A DNA stretch of 64,000 nt from a virus. This document shows, piece after piece, positions 44,953-54,291 of the stretch (within the stretch, counting starts at the first letter, position 1; each line of letters starts with the position of its first letter). The notes beneath the pieces are model-generated. The model worked only from the letters and a program-made list of their open reading frames with translations, had not been told where the DNA came from and made no database searches. A program made the position numbers and the translations under genes. Location of the stretch: IMG/VR virus record IMGVR_UViG_3300042867_001113. One strand, given 5' to 3'.

Positions 44953-46446
44953 TCACAAATTCGTGACGCGCATCTGGCCGTAGTATTCCGGGCGAAGAAG
45001 CTTCTTCGCGTAGCGGGTACGCATCGCCTTGCGGAGCGAGAAGTCGTTCGGATCGAGGAAGGTCTGGGTGACCTGCAGGGGGATGTACGGGGCCCAGACG
45101 TATCCGGCGTCGAGGAAGCTGCCGCCCTTGAGGCCGATCAGCATCTGGTCGCGCTGGAAGAAGGGGTCTTCGTAGACCATCCACTTGTTCTGCAAGGTGC
45201 CGACCTTGTAGATGCCGAACTGACCCTGCGAGGACAGGGGGCGGGGCATGTCCATCGGGCCGTATGGGGACTCAGCGCCTGAGACGTAGGCCGCGCGGAA
45301 GTCACCGTGCGTGGTGAGCTGCGCGAGCAAGGCGCTCACGTCGGGGCTCGTCACGATGAAGTTCGCGGGCGCACGCAGGGTCTTCTTGTGGATCTGGTTC
45401 GAGACGGTCGAGATGACCGTGAGCATCGAACGCAGGTGGTCGAGTTCGCTGATGCCAGCCGGGGGCACGCGGTCGAACGAGCCAGTCGTCGACGTCGAGT
45501 TCTGGAAGAGGTCGTCGATGATCTCGCGATCGATTTCGAGGGCCATTTCCTGAGCGACGGCGCTGACGATCTCGGTCTCGGCGTCGATGCCGTGGAAGGC
45601 GCGGAGGTCTTCAGCGGCTTCGCTGGACCACAGAGCCTTGAGGCGGCGAGGCTGAGCTTCGACCGGAGCCTTCTTCACGTCGAGCTTCATCGACGGGATC
45701 TTGGTGTTCAGTTCGCCGTCGTAGACGTAGAACGCCTTGATCTGGTTGCCCAGACCGCACGCAACGGTGAACCGGAAGCCGGAGATGGCACCGTTCGCGT
45801 AGTTGATGGCACCCGAGAGCACGTTGCCAGTGAAGCCACCGGCACCGTCATCGGTCGCCTGCTGGACAACGGCACCCGTGGTGACGTTGAACTCGCGGAC
45901 GATGGTGGCGAAGCCATTCGAGGCGTTCAGCGGACGAACCGGGTTGAACGACAGGGTGGACGAGAGCGGAGCGCCAGCGCCGCCGAAGTCAGCGCCGTTG
46001 CCGGTGCCGAGGATCTCACCGTCGATCTTCTCCGACGTGTAGTTGCGATCGAAGTCGCGCGGGAAGACCTGACCACGCTGGGTCGGGGCCTTGTTGGTGT
46101 CGTAGACGTAGTCGAGGAAGAACACAGCGCCGACCGAGGCCGTCATCGGCTGCACGGACACGATGTCGTGGGCGATGAGGTTCGGGAACACGCGACGGAG
46201 GACGGGGAAGATGAACTTCGTGAACGAGCCGACGTTCACGAGGCGAGTCTCTTCTTCGAGGCTCTGGAGATGCTGCGACTCGTTCTCCATCAGCACGGCA
46301 GTGACGCCGAGGACGTAGCGATCACGCTCCGTTCGGTCGGGCATGCCTTCCAGCAAGTCCTTCCACTTGCGAACAAGGGCACCGACGTAGGTCTTGTCGG
46401 CGATCGTGCGGGTCGAACCTTCGAGAACCATGTTGCGAGCTTCCAT
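44953..46446 (-). CDS. major capsid protein (T4 gp23 family)
   Basis: RRVFPNLIAHDIVSVQPM, RRLKA.WS.E...DL.A.HG.DAE.E, EIDREII, APYIPL, TRYA. Confidence 0.97.
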   Translation of the reverse strand: MEARNMVLEGSTRTIADKTYVGALVRKWKDLLEGMPDRTERDRYVLGVTAVLMENESQHLQSLEEETRLVNVGSFTKFIFPVLRRVFPNLIAHDIVSVQPMTASVGAVFFLDYVYDTNKAPTQRGQVFPRDFDRNYTSEKIDGEILGTGNGADFGGAGAPLSSTLSFNPVRPLNASNGFATIVREFNVTTGAVVQQATDDGAGGFTGNVLSGAINYANGAISGFRFTVACGLGNQIKAFYVYDGELNTKIPSMKLDVKKAPVEAQPRRLKALWSSEAAEDLRAFHGIDAETEIVSAVAQEMALEIDREIIDDLFQNSTSTTGSFDRVPPAGISELDHLRSMLTVISTVSNQIHKKTLRAPANFIVTSPDVSALLAQLTTHGDFRAAYVSGAESPYGPMDMPRPLSSQGQFGIYKVGTLQNKWMVYEDPFFQRDQMLIGLKGGSFLDAGYVWAPYIPLQVTQTFLDPNDFSLRKAMRTRYAKKLLRPEYYGQMRVTNL

Positions 46447-46510
46447 CACACTCTCCTTCGGGGGTTGAGCGGCTACACCGCCACTCTACAGATTGAACTC
46501 TAGCTGAACT

Positions 46511-48175
46511 TCAGCCTTTGATACCAGCCAAAGCGCGAACTCGATCGAGGCTGATTCCGAGACCCTGCCAGTTTTGGCCTTCGGCCATGGTCCGGCGGGT
46601 CCGGGGAGATTCGGTCTCTTCCGAGATTTCCGTGGGCGCGCGCTCGACGCCGCCGTTCATACGGCCACGGATGCGAGCACGAACCGACTGGAGGTCGTCC
46701 TCGTCACGCTCGACTTCGCGCTCGCTCTCCACGAGGGAGTCGACCGCTCGGCGGGAGGCCGGACGGGTGCTCTCCACGAGACCTCGGATCTTGGTCGCCT
46801 TCGGATGGTTGGCAAGGCGCTCCTCTGCATAGAGGCGCGTCTCCAGTTCCTTCGAGGCACGCTTGGCTTCAGCGAGGTCGTCTTCCAACTCCAAGCGGAG
46901 GGCCTTCTCGTTGGCCATCTTCTTTTCCATCGCAGCCAGCTTGGACTCGACAGCGTCGCGCTGCTTCCGCTCGACCTTCCGAGCTTCTGCGACTTCCTTG
47001 GCCTTGGATTCCTGTTCAGCTTTCTTTGCCTCGGTCTTGCGGCCCATCTCAGCCTTGACCTCGTTGACACGCTGCTTGAGCGCGTCCGAACTCTCAAAGC
47101 TCTTGAGGTCGCCGACAAGGGTTCGGATGGAGTCAGCGTCGGGATCGTTGGCAACCATCTTCTCAAGATAGAAGCAGTAGCCGACCTCTTTGGCCATCTC
47201 AGCGAGAGCCGTGTTCTCTGACTCCAGATCCTTCAGCTTGAGGTCGCGTTCCGCCAGCTGCTTCTGCAAGTCGCGAATTTCGACGTCCTTGACGCGAACG
47301 ACCTCAGCAGCATCCTCGGGGAGGAGATACGGACGGAGGACACCACGCAGAGCTTCCAGCACGGCTTTGGCCTTGCCGATCTCTGGGTCTTCCATCATCT
47401 CCTTCCGCAACTCATCGCGAACTGCGGCACGGACGGTCGAGAGGTTGTCGAGAATCGCCTTGGCGAAGTCGTCACGGACGTCGCGCGAGCTGGAACCCTG
47501 CTTGGCTCCCATCTCACCCTCGATGCGGCGGGCAAACTCTTGGGCCTTCGCCGCATCGCCTTCAAGGGGCGCTTTCTTGCTGACCATCTCAGCTTCGATG
47601 CGCCGAGCGAACTCAATCGCCTTCTCCTGTTCAGCATCAGCATCGAACTCCACACCCTCGAACAGGGAGCGGCTTTCGCCCATCACTGGGTAGGCGTCTT
47701 GGTCAGCCGGGTCTGCGACGAAGTCGAAGGTGACCAGCTTGTAGTCATCCTGCACGATGTCGTTCCCGCTCTCGTTGGTCTTGACGCTGCCGAAGCCACG
47801 GCTGGAAACGCCAACGGGGACGTTCGACTTGAGGAGCGCGAGAAGGTTCTTCCCCGCCTCGGTCGGCATGATCTCGGCCTCACCAATCACGAGCCCGTCC
47901 TTGACGGAGAGGTCCGTGATGATGTGCGAGACGCGGGACAGCTTGGTCTGACCGTCGCTGGGGTGATCGATCTCACCCATGACGCGGCGTTCCTTGAGCG
48001 CCTTGCCGAGCCGCTTCAGCTCCTTCTCCCAAACGCCTTTCGGGTAGACGCGCTTGTTCTCAGTGGCGATGCCGCACTTGGCAAACTCACCTCGAACTTT
48101 GACGCGACCACCTTCGCCTCCCTCGGCAAGAGAGAGGCGCACAATGGAAACGTCGCTCAGAAGTGGCTTGGTCAT
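46511..48175 (-). CDS. prohead protease (gp21-like) fused to a coiled-coil scaffold (gp22-like)
   Basis: N.RVYP, GEIDHP, SHII, GVSSRGFGS, FDFVADP; long acidic coiled coil ending RALAGIKG. Confidence 0.93.
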   Translation of the reverse strand: MTKPLLSDVSIVRLSLAEGGEGGRVKVRGEFAKCGIATENKRVYPKGVWEKELKRLGKALKERRVMGEIDHPSDGQTKLSRVSHIITDLSVKDGLVIGEAEIMPTEAGKNLLALLKSNVPVGVSSRGFGSVKTNESGNDIVQDDYKLVTFDFVADPADQDAYPVMGESRSLFEGVEFDADAEQEKAIEFARRIEAEMVSKKAPLEGDAAKAQEFARRIEGEMGAKQGSSSRDVRDDFAKAILDNLSTVRAAVRDELRKEMMEDPEIGKAKAVLEALRGVLRPYLLPEDAAEVVRVKDVEIRDLQKQLAERDLKLKDLESENTALAEMAKEVGYCFYLEKMVANDPDADSIRTLVGDLKSFESSDALKQRVNEVKAEMGRKTEAKKAEQESKAKEVAEARKVERKQRDAVESKLAAMEKKMANEKALRLELEDDLAEAKRASKELETRLYAEERLANHPKATKIRGLVESTRPASRRAVDSLVESEREVERDEDDLQSVRARIRGRMNGGVERAPTEISEETESPRTRRTMAEGQNWQGLGISLDRVRALAGIKG

Positions 48176-48176
48176 G

Positions 48177-48380
48177 TCAGTACCGTCTCCAGCGGAAGTT
48201 GCTTCGGAAGGGGGTCCGCGCCAGCTGGCCGGATTCCTTCTTCTTCACCTTCCGTGTTTTGCGTCGAAAGGGGTTCAGGTCTCGTTTTTCAGCACCGATC
48301 AGCTCACGTCTCCCGCTGGAGTACGAGGCGCGGCGATTCCGCCATGCCTCCTCCGTCGAGGACGAGTTCAGTCGTTTCCC
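48177..48380 (-). CDS. predicted -1 frameshift extension of the prohead core protein
   Basis: G GGA AAC at 48374-48380; the -1 frame is open to TGA at 48177-48179. Confidence 0.6.
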   Translation of the reverse strand, partial: GKRLNSSSTEEAWRNRRASYSSGRRELIGAEKRDLNPFRRKTRKVKKKESGQLARTPFRSNFRWRRY

Positions 48381-49042
48381 GAAGTCTCTTCGACCTCTTC
48401 TTCGTCTTCGTTGTTGTCCTCGTAGAGGTCAACGGCGTCGAGAATGGTCTCCATCCCTTCGGCAAAGGCAGCAGCGACGTCCTCAGCGGACTCATCGAGC
48501 CGACCTTCGCTCATCGCGGTGGCGATGTCGGCGAAAGATTCGGCGATCTCGCCGAGCTGGCCCGCCAGACCGGCGAACATGCGCTCGTCGGCAGCCTCAT
48601 ACTCATCAGCCTTCACCCACTCGGTGAAGATGCCAGCGAGCTTGTCGGCGATGATGGCCGCGTTGGCGAACGACTTGAGGGTCTCGTTGGCGTCGACCGC
48701 TTCTTGGCGGGTGCCCTTCGAGATGGCCTTGCGCTTGACCATCGCTGCACGGCGCATTCCTTTGCTCGTGCTCGCTTTCTTTTCGCTCCTCTTCGCCGAA
48801 CGACGACCTTCAGCGGAACGCTTATACTTCTTGCCCGCCATCCGTTCTGCCGTGGACGTCTTCTGCTGCTTGACCTTCTTGCCGCCGCGCAGGGCGTAGC
48901 GGATGCGACCAGCCTCGTCGAGCACCTCTTCTTCTTCCTCCTTCGGAGCTGAAGCCGGAGCCGAAGCCTGAACAGACTCACGGATGAGCCCGATCTTGCG
49001 GAAGTCTTCTTCAAGGGTGGTGACAACGATCGGGTTTCGCAT
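48368..49042 (-). CDS. prohead core protein (gp67/gp68-like)
   Basis: Acidic-basic-acidic 224 aa protein immediately upstream of the protease. Confidence 0.7.
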   Translation of the reverse strand: MRNPIVVTTLEEDFRKIGLIRESVQASAPASAPKEEEEEVLDEAGRIRYALRGGKKVKQQKTSTAERMAGKKYKRSAEGRRSAKRSEKKASTSKGMRRAAMVKRKAISKGTRQEAVDANETLKSFANAAIIADKLAGIFTEWVKADEYEAADERMFAGLAGQLGEIAESFADIATAMSEGRLDESAEDVAAAFAEGMETILDAVDLYEDNNEDEEEVEETSGND

Positions 49043-49062
49043 CGGAACTTCTCCTCAAGGCG

Positions 49063-49983
49063 TCAAGTGAGACGCACAACTGTTTTCGCCACGAAGGCAC
49101 CGGCAACCTCGAATGAGGTTACTTCGGAAGCTACAGAATCGAACACCTTGGCAATCCGGTCAACAGAACCGAACTCAGCCACAGCCTCAACCACGAACTC
49201 TCGCACTTGAGTCACATCAGAAAGAAGGTCTGACGCGAACGCCTCCAGAGAGGTGATCGCCTCTTCCCCGCCTTCCTGAATCGCCCGCTCGCGAACGAGG
49301 CGGATAGCATGCAATGCCGATGTCGTGCTCGCTTCGACCGCCGACAGGCGGGAAATGAGGTGGGCAACGTCGTCTTGGACGAGGGCCTTGAAGGTGTCCA
49401 TCTCAGCTTTTGCGGTGGACCCGTCGTAGAGCCGCTTGAACTTCGCGGAAAGCGGAGCCGGGAGCTTGTCCTCACCGAGGAACTTCTGAACCTTGTCAGC
49501 ACGCTCGCTCAACGTGGTCTTCCACAGAAGACCTTCACGACTCTCCGCAAAGGACTTCAGGATGTCTTCGTCCGTCACGGACGAAGCTTGATCCACCAAC
49601 GGGGCAAGTGCCACGATTTTTTCGTTGGCTTGGTCGACGAGCCCGCGCAGGAACAGGTCAGCTGCAGCCCGCGCTTCCTGCCGGATGAACCGATGCAGGT
49701 TCTTCTCAGTCACAACCGTGAGGTCGATGTCACTCGTCCCGGTGAAGTACACCTCACCTGACTCGCTCAAAGCATACTTGACCCGGACCAACTCAGCCTC
49801 GCCGACGAGGGCAACAGCGAAGCTTGGGAAAACTCCAAGCAGCTGGGCTGACTGTCCTGCAAAAAGATTGGAAGCTTCAGTGCGAAGGGCTGAAGTGACC
49901 CGAGCAGTCGTGTCCTGAAAAGAACCTGCCAAAAGTTGGGCAAGTTCACTCGAAGGAACAAAAGGAAGGACGCTGCGGGTCAT
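49063..49983 (-). CDS. hypothetical helical protein in the head module
   Basis: 306 aa between portal and core genes. Confidence 0.7.
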   Translation of the reverse strand: MTRSVLPFVPSSELAQLLAGSFQDTTARVTSALRTEASNLFAGQSAQLLGVFPSFAVALVGEAELVRVKYALSESGEVYFTGTSDIDLTVVTEKNLHRFIRQEARAAADLFLRGLVDQANEKIVALAPLVDQASSVTDEDILKSFAESREGLLWKTTLSERADKVQKFLGEDKLPAPLSAKFKRLYDGSTAKAEMDTFKALVQDDVAHLISRLSAVEASTTSALHAIRLVRERAIQEGGEEAITSLEAFASDLLSDVTQVREFVVEAVAEFGSVDRIAKVFDSVASEVTSFEVAGAFVAKTVVRLT

Positions 49984-49992
49984 TTGGGCCTC

Positions 49993-50021
49993 ACGCTATC
50001 GGGGGACGGAAGGGGCGTCAA
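49993..50021 (-). promoter_or_regulatory. sigma70-like promoter, near-leaderless
   Basis: TTGACG-17bp-TAGCGT, 9 nt before the ATG. Confidence 0.6.
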
Positions 50022-50078
50022 GGAACCGCGCGCTTCCGAAAGGAGTTTCAGGGCGGTTTTGCCCTGCAAGCGGAAACC

Positions 50079-51875
50079 TCAGCGCGCCCCTCGGGCGTTG
50101 AGATCTCGGAGCAGACCGCCAATTTCGCGCAAGCGCAACTCCAAGCCTCGGTCGGACTTCAGGATGGCGTCGAGCTTGGCGTCCATACGTTTCGAGTCCT
50201 TCGGGTTGTAGCCCTCGGTCAGCTCTCGTTCGGAGAAGCCACTGTGCGTCGGGATCCCGCGACGACGAGCCGCGTCACGCGAGCTTGTAAGAGCCTTCAG
50301 CACTCGGTTCGGCTGGTGAGCCTCTGCTGGAGGACCATACGGGCCCTCTTCGGGGGGCGCTTCGCCCGGAGGAGCCTCCATCGGGGGAGGCGCGGGCGAT
50401 ACGATGTTCTGCGCAGCTGCTTGGTTTTCAGCGTCCTCAGCTGACTCCCCACTGCGCTGCTTCTTGATGAGGGCAATCTCGTCTTCGGACAAGCCAAAGA
50501 CGTTCGAGAGGATCCACTGTAGCGAGACAAAGTCGCGCATGCGTGCCGCAAGGTCCGCTTTGGCCGTTCGGACTTCCATCTGAGCCAGCTCAAAAATGGC
50601 CGACGGCACCGTCATGTTGATGTCGTAGTCGACAGCGTAGGGGTCGAGGCCCAGCGCCGACAAGTGGACACGGGCGACCTTCCGGAGTCCATTCTTCAGC
50701 TCCCGCTGGATACGCAGAACGGTCCGAGCAAAGCGGACGTCCTCACTGGACAGGACCGCCCGAGCTACGCCGGATTCCTGCCCGAGGTACGCCTTTGGCA
50801 CCTTGATGGCCGAAAACAGCTTGTCTCGGAAGTACTCGATGTCGTCCATTGCCTGCCACTGCGGAGCGCCGAGGGTCTCGATGCGAGTGGAGTCCACCCC
50901 CTTCCGGGTGGGCACGAAGAAGTCCTCGTCCTGCGACAGAGCGTCGAACTTCAGATTCAGCTTGCCGGTGCCCGGGTCCACGAACCGCTTCTTCCGGAAG
51001 TTCTGGCGGACCCGGTTCACGAACGCGAGGGCCTCTTGGGGAGGAAGGTCGCCGACGTCGACATAGAAGGCGAACCGCTCAGGGGCCCGCTGGAGGCGGT
51101 ACACGAGGGCCGCGTCTTCCAGCAGCATGAGACGCTTCCAGATCCACCGGGCGGCTTCCAAGGCACTGTGGCCGTAGACCGACCGGCGTTCCTTCCCGCG
51201 CAGGCGGAAATGGACCACCTCCCAGCTCTCAAACGCAGCCACTGGCTGACTCGTGGGGTCCGGGCTCACCGACATGTCGAACTTCGCAGACAGAGACCGC
51301 TGGAAGTCGTTGTTGGTGAAGTCGAAGCGCCCCTTGAAGTCCTGCATGAAGCCGATCAGGTCACCCTTCGGCGTCTCAAGGCGTCGGACCGTCGGCGGAG
51401 GCAAGTAGTTGATGCCTCGCACGCCGTCAGCATTGACGAGAAGCTCCTCGTAGTCGTTCCCGTATTTGCAGAGGGTGCGTGCAATTTCCCAGATCTCTTC
51501 GTCCATGCGAAGTGTTCGATTGAACAAGTCATCGAGGTTGTTCTGAAGCGTTTTGTCGGACGACGTGATCCAGATGGTCCGGTGCAGCACGGAGTCAGGT
51601 TGGGTCGCATCGTCCGCGAGGATGTCGAGGGCAGTGGCGATCTCGCCGTAGTCGTCCATCTCCTCGTAGTCCGCGAACCGAAGCAAGAGGTCAGTGTCGA
51701 GGCGAAGATAGTCGGTGAGGGCGTCGTAGCCCACGCCCGACATCAGGTCGATGGCTGTGGCGTCGCCACCGCCCAACTCGCCCGTCGCACCCTTCGCGAG
51801 CTGAGTGTTCGCGTGGTCCTTGTCGCGGCTGAACGCTGCGGAAATTCGCTTGGCGACGTTGTCGGCGAATCCCAT
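50079..51875 (-). CDS. portal protein (T4 gp20 family)
   Basis: EI..ALD, LLEDAALVYR..RAPER..FYVDVG.LP, EDFFVP.R, I.TL, DIEYF..KL..A.KVP. Confidence 0.95.
   Translation of the reverse strand: MGFADNVAKRISAAFSRDKDHANTQLAKGATGELGGGDATAIDLMSGVGYDALTDYLRLDTDLLLRFADYEEMDDYGEIATALDILADDATQPDSVLHRTIWITSSDKTLQNNLDDLFNRTLRMDEEIWEIARTLCKYGNDYEELLVNADGVRGINYLPPPTVRRLETPKGDLIGFMQDFKGRFDFTNNDFQRSLSAKFDMSVSPDPTSQPVAAFESWEVVHFRLRGKERRSVYGHSALEAARWIWKRLMLLEDAALVYRLQRAPERFAFYVDVGDLPPQEALAFVNRVRQNFRKKRFVDPGTGKLNLKFDALSQDEDFFVPTRKGVDSTRIETLGAPQWQAMDDIEYFRDKLFSAIKVPKAYLGQESGVARAVLSSEDVRFARTVLRIQRELKNGLRKVARVHLSALGLDPYAVDYDINMTVPSAIFELAQMEVRTAKADLAARMRDFVSLQWILSNVFGLSEDEIALIKKQRSGESAEDAENQAAAQNIVSPAPPPMEAPPGEAPPEEGPYGPPAEAHQPNRVLKALTSSRDAARRRGIPTHSGFSERELTEGYNPKDSKRMDAKLDAILKSDRGLELRLREIGGLLRDLNARGAR
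50332..50345. promoter_or_regulatory. GGACCATAYGGNCC site in the portal C-terminal coding region
   Basis: GGACCATACGGGCC. Confidence 0.7.
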
Positions 51876-52225
51876 CAGCCCCTGCCTTTCATCGTCGCTC
51901 GAAACGCACTGGAAAACTCAGAGGGCTGTCTCTTCAGAGCGGCTGCAACCCGGTCGGCAATCGTCCCTGAAAGAGAGTCAATACGCCAGAAGTCAGCGGG
52001 ACGCATCCCTTGCTGTTCCAAGGACTCGCAGTAGGCGTCAGCCAGCACGATGGCGAGGTCCGTGAGCACCTGTTCAACGGGGAAAGATGCCGCCGTATAG
52101 ACCGCCTGCTCGTTTTGAGCCTTCGTCGGGCGGATCAGAATAAGACCTTCGTCGCCACTTCCGAGGCGTTCTGCGAGGGTCAAAGATTCAAGCTCCTTGC
52201 GGAGGAGGTCGACCTTGGTGCTCAT
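51875..52225 (-). CDS. hypothetical protein
   Basis: Start MSTKV via TGATG overlap with terL; 116 aa. Confidence 0.6.
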   Translation of the reverse strand: MSTKVDLLRKELESLTLAERLGSGDEGLILIRPTKAQNEQAVYTAASFPVEQVLTDLAIVLADAYCESLEQQGMRPADFWRIDSLSGTIADRVAAALKRQPSEFSSAFRATMKGRG

Positions 52226-54288
52226 CAGCGACCTCCACCCATATTGCTGCCTCTGAAGAAGGGCAGCGGTTCCCAGCGTTCGGTGCCTGTGCCTGCGGGT
52301 CCGCCACCAACCTGTCCTTGGTACTGGTCCGTCATCCAAGAGTCTCCCCCTGTAGCGGATTGGCGAAGAATCGGAAGCGGGGTCGTGAGCTGCTGCTGCC
52401 CCAGCGTCCACAGCACACCAGCGAGGGCGTCCGCGCAGTCCTTGGAACCCCGGACCGGGTGATCGATCTTTCGACGCCGGTAGTCTCGCTGCAGCTGCCG
52501 AAGCTCGGTCTGGAGGGTGGCGTGCTCGTACATGAACACCCGGTCCTCGTAGAACGCTGTTTTGAGGGCCTCGTAGGGTTCAGTGCTGGTGTCGACTGAG
52601 ACGATCTTCGCGTTGAACCCCTTCTGGTTCAGCTGCTGTACCATGTCCGTCGACTGGTAGGAGTCCGTCGTGACGGACGTGATGGTGTAGCCGTGTTGCG
52701 CCAACTCGTAGATGAGGCGGCGCACGTCGCCAAGGACGATCTCGTCCCCCGGCGGCGGGGTGACTCGGAGCATCAGGTCGACCACGAACACAGGGGCCCG
52801 CTCCAGGTGCTGCTCCCCGTTCGGTCCCCGCCGGACCACGTCTCGAAAACTACCAACGTGCGCCATGCAGAAACCCAGCGCGTCGTGCCGTAGCCCAATG
52901 TCGATGTGGATGTGGCGCATCGCGTTGGGGCTGATGATGGGGCGCATCACCTCGGTCTGGCCGCGCATCGAGGGGTCAGGGGTGAGCCGCACCGCCTTCT
53001 CCCACACGAACTGACCACCCTTCGCGGGGTCGTACTCTGGCTTCGAGAAGAAGTGTCGGTTGGCGCCGTAGGTTTTCTTGTCCTGCTCGACGGCGTCCAC
53101 CAGCTTTTCACGTCTTTGTATAAATGGACTGACGCTTACAACGCTACACCCAGCTATATCTTTGATGCTGCCCTCAAGGTCGCGCTCGAAGTCGAGCTTG
53201 AAGTCCTCGGGGACGCTGATGATGAGGGTGCCATCAGGCAGCGACGAACGAATGCGGTCGCCCTCTCCCGGGTCGAGGATTTTCGACGGGACCGTCTCGT
53301 TTCCGACGAGTACCTGAAACTTGTCGACGGAGTAGTAGTCCTCGGGCTTGATCTCCCAGAGGGCGTAGTCGCGCACGAACAGGGTGGGGTCTTGGACGGC
53401 CTCCTTCAAACGGCGGCTGACGAAGTCCTCAGTGGTCGTCTTCGACGACGCGATGAAAAGGATGCCGGGGAGCTTTCCGGCCTTCTCGAAGCGGGACTTC
53501 ATACGTCGCTTGAGTGAGGAGTAGATGAGGTCGGCGTGGTCAACGACGCCTGCCGCCGCACTGTACTTCCCGCGTTTCGGCAAGAAGTTGCCTTCGTCCA
53601 TGAACGCGCTGATGACGTTGAGACCGAGGGCCGAGGTGTCGGTCGTCGCGCGAGGTGCCACCCACACATTGTGCGGGAACCGCAGCTCCTTCTTCGTCGC
53701 CGAGAAGGGGAAATTCTGCATGAAGTACGGCGAGGCCGTGATCTTCGTCTTGATGTTCTCGAACACGACCTTGGTTGCCAGTTCCTCGTTCACCGAGAAG
53801 CAGGCGAGCGTGATGTTCGTGTCTTTGGCAAGGCCGAACGTCTTGTGAGGGTCTTTCAGACACGAGATTTCGTAGAGCACCCGGGCAATACCGATCGTGC
53901 AGACGAACGTCTTTCCGATGCCGATGGCCCCAGTGATGATGCACTCGTTGTAGCCGCCCGAGAACAGGTCCACGAGGTCGTCGAGGAACTTCGGGTAGAG
54001 GGAGTCGCAGGTGTTGCCGAGGAACTGCGGGTCTTTGATGAAGGTCCGCATGTCAACCGGAGGGGACTTGTACTCAGCAGCAGACAAAGCCGCGAGCAGG
54101 TTGGGTTGCACCGGCGCGAACTGCGTCGCCGCTGACCCGGTCAGAGGCTGATGGTGGAAGTCCTGCAGAATAATTCGCAGGGCCTCGCGCTCCTCTGGGG
54201 TGAGCGTCGACATCTCCTTCTTCAGCGACTCGTCCAGCTCCGAGGCTGTACGGACGCTGATGGTGCGGCCTTCACGGGTTACGAGCAT
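52225..54288 (-). CDS. terL: terminase large subunit
   Basis: Walker A GAIGIGKT, Walker B AFMDE, motif III IASS, nuclease IHIDIG...TDSYQS...KDCADA. Confidence 0.92.
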   Translation of the reverse strand: MLVTREGRTISVRTASELDESLKKEMSTLTPEEREALRIILQDFHHQPLTGSAATQFAPVQPNLLAALSAAEYKSPPVDMRTFIKDPQFLGNTCDSLYPKFLDDLVDLFSGGYNECIITGAIGIGKTFVCTIGIARVLYEISCLKDPHKTFGLAKDTNITLACFSVNEELATKVVFENIKTKITASPYFMQNFPFSATKKELRFPHNVWVAPRATTDTSALGLNVISAFMDEGNFLPKRGKYSAAAGVVDHADLIYSSLKRRMKSRFEKAGKLPGILFIASSKTTTEDFVSRRLKEAVQDPTLFVRDYALWEIKPEDYYSVDKFQVLVGNETVPSKILDPGEGDRIRSSLPDGTLIISVPEDFKLDFERDLEGSIKDIAGCSVVSVSPFIQRREKLVDAVEQDKKTYGANRHFFSKPEYDPAKGGQFVWEKAVRLTPDPSMRGQTEVMRPIISPNAMRHIHIDIGLRHDALGFCMAHVGSFRDVVRRGPNGEQHLERAPVFVVDLMLRVTPPPGDEIVLGDVRRLIYELAQHGYTITSVTTDSYQSTDMVQQLNQKGFNAKIVSVDTSTEPYEALKTAFYEDRVFMYEHATLQTELRQLQRDYRRRKIDHPVRGSKDCADALAGVLWTLGQQQLTTPLPILRQSATGGDSWMTDQYQGQVGGGPAGTGTERWEPLPFFRGSNMGGGR

Positions 54289-54291
54289 CGT

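Noticed and set aside
45257-45270. Partial palindrome-like sequences (also near 1913, 23826 and 32980)
   Set aside because: They have three or more mismatches to GGACCATAYGGNCC and were not counted.
48304-48345. 13-codon ORF MAESPRLVLQRET with a strong GGAGG RBS
   Set aside because: Too short to support; the -1 frame explains the gap better, although a regulatory minigene cannot be excluded.
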